IMG/VR virus record: IMGVR_UViG_3300002307_000018
Span: 160,001 to 224,000 of that record
Length of the DNA: 64,000 nt
From: a virus
Lineage: Duplodnaviria; Caudoviricetes
Strand: one strand, 5' to 3'
Shown here: positions 63,130 through 64,000 of the stretch, piece by piece
How the letters are laid out: the number at the start of each line of letters is the position of its first letter
Position numbering within the stretch: position 1 is the first letter of the stretch
Notes under the pieces: model-generated
Told to the model about the DNA's origin: nothing
Databases searched by the model: none
The model's input: the letters and a program-made list of their open reading frames with translations, nothing else
Program-made: the position numbers and the translations under genes

Positions 63130-63666
63130 ATGGAATATGTCATTAAACTAAATCTACCGCAACTTGATCAGGTCTTGACTGCCGAGGCATTGTCAATGAT
63201 AAATGTGACTCCAACTGATGCAGTGCGTTCTTATTACAAACCCGCTGATATAATCAGATCAGAATTTCTAATCGTCAATGGTTTCAAATGGGATCGTATT
63301 TTTGATTTTTCTAAGCCACCCAAATATACAGCGCAAATCCACACTGATTCATTCTTACACAAATGTGCTTGGGGAATCAACTGGATATACGGCGCAGATG
63401 GACTTTTAAATTACTGGGATAGAAAAGATGTTGTTGAGAATGAAACCATAAACAACAAACTAGGTAATTTAGTTAGGTTTAAACCAACCGACATTCCTCC
63501 AATTAAAAGCTACTATATGACGCCGGCTGCATATCTTGTTAATGCAAGAGAGCCGCATCAGGCTGTTAGCATAGGCGATCGCCATTGTATCAGCGCACGT
63601 TGCAGTACATCATACAACTTTAGTTGGGAAGAAATCGTAGATCGATTTCAAGACTACATTATGTAA
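63130..63666 (+). CDS. Cupin / 2OG oxygenase-like protein
   Basis: QIHTD, WGINW, EPHQA and RHCISAR motifs. Confidence 0.6.
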   Translation: MEYVIKLNLPQLDQVLTAEALSMINVTPTDAVRSYYKPADIIRSEFLIVNGFKWDRIFDFSKPPKYTAQIHTDSFLHKCAWGINWIYGADGLLNYWDRKDVVENETINNKLGNLVRFKPTDIPPIKSYYMTPAAYLVNAREPHQAVSIGDRHCISARCSTSYNFSWEEIVDRFQDYIM

Positions 63667-63667
63667 T

Positions 63668-63743
63668 TGGTGCCCCCTGTTGGTTACGATCCAACCTTTA
63701 CAGCTTTTCAAGCTGTCACTTTCACCAGATTAGTTTAAGGGAC
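63668..63743 (-). tRNA. tRNA-Phe(GAA) with A54/U58 T-loop
   Basis: ACAGC-TTGAAAA-GCTGT, T-arm GTTGG-ATCGTAA-CCAAC, A at position 8, CCA. Confidence 0.85.
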
Positions 63744-63745
63744 AT

Positions 63746-63821
63746 TGGTCTCCACGCCAAGATTTGAACTTGGACCGCCTGGCTCCAGACCAGCTACGCT
63801 ACCAGATTACGCCACGCAGAG
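63746..63821 (-). tRNA. tRNA-Pro(TGG), atypical anticodon loop
   Basis: C1-G72, discriminator A, loop TCTGGAG (C33, A37), CCA. Confidence 0.75.
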
Positions 63822-63831
63822 ATTAAAACTT

Positions 63832-63909
63832 TGGTACCCTCGCTCGGAGTTGAACCGAGAGAATTTTTCCTTTTGAGAGAAACGACTTTGCCAATTTGTC
63901 CACGAGGGC
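63832..63909 (-). tRNA. tRNA with CAA (Leu) anticodon but no long variable arm
   Basis: TTTCT-CTCAAAA-GGAAA, variable region of about 5-6 nt, CCA. Confidence 0.8.
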
Positions 63910-64000
63910 ATTACTATCGGCGCATTTTCCAAGTATAGTTTTCACCACTTGGCAATCGACCGTTTTCAACACTATCTACTCCCATCTTACCTACTTGATT

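Noticed and set aside
42995-63909. rRNA, tmRNA or group I intron in the RNA-rich region
   Set aside because: I recognised no conserved rRNA segments, tmRNA tag reading frame or group I P/Q/R/S elements.
1-64000. Alternative genetic code or suppressor tRNA
   Set aside because: Long genes are intact under code 11, TAA, TAG and TGA all end genes, and no tRNA has a CTA, TTA or TCA anticodon.

Overview
64-kb segment of a large lytic dsDNA phage genome with T4-like traits (rIIA/rIIB, TAAATA late-promoter motif, about 30 CCA-encoded tRNA genes). The host is probably Burkholderiales, inferred from a general-diffusion porin and a Bug/TctC protein. No capsid, tail or replisome genes are present, and most genes lie on the minus strand. 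In order, the window holds: small early-type ORFs behind a repeated sigma70 promoter cassette with a TGTTG-N8-CAACA palindrome (10 copies); BI-1 and TPR membrane genes; rIIB / GIY-YIG / rIIA; a porin-OmpA-rubrerythrin-rubredoxin run; a plus-strand lysis cassette; a CsgF-CsgG-curlin-FecR-curlin-CHASE2 cyclase operon; an AT-rich Dam-like methylase plus nuclease pair; an Acb1-like 2H phosphoesterase; a macrodomain; a Prs-like/NAMPT-like pair (NARP1-type NAD+ rebuilding); an RNA-repair trio; and a long tRNA region interleaved with oxygenase, radical SAM and PP-loop genes. The most unusual signal is in the tRNA region (53.7-59.5 kb). At least nine non-coding units share one closing stem (minus strand 5'-ATATTGAAGTACAT...GTGTATTTCAATAT-3') with G.U pairs and covarying outer arms, and each encloses a different 40-140 nt structured insert. 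This looks like a family of small-RNA cassettes co-transcribed with the tRNAs. All protein calls come from reading motifs by eye; no database searches were run.
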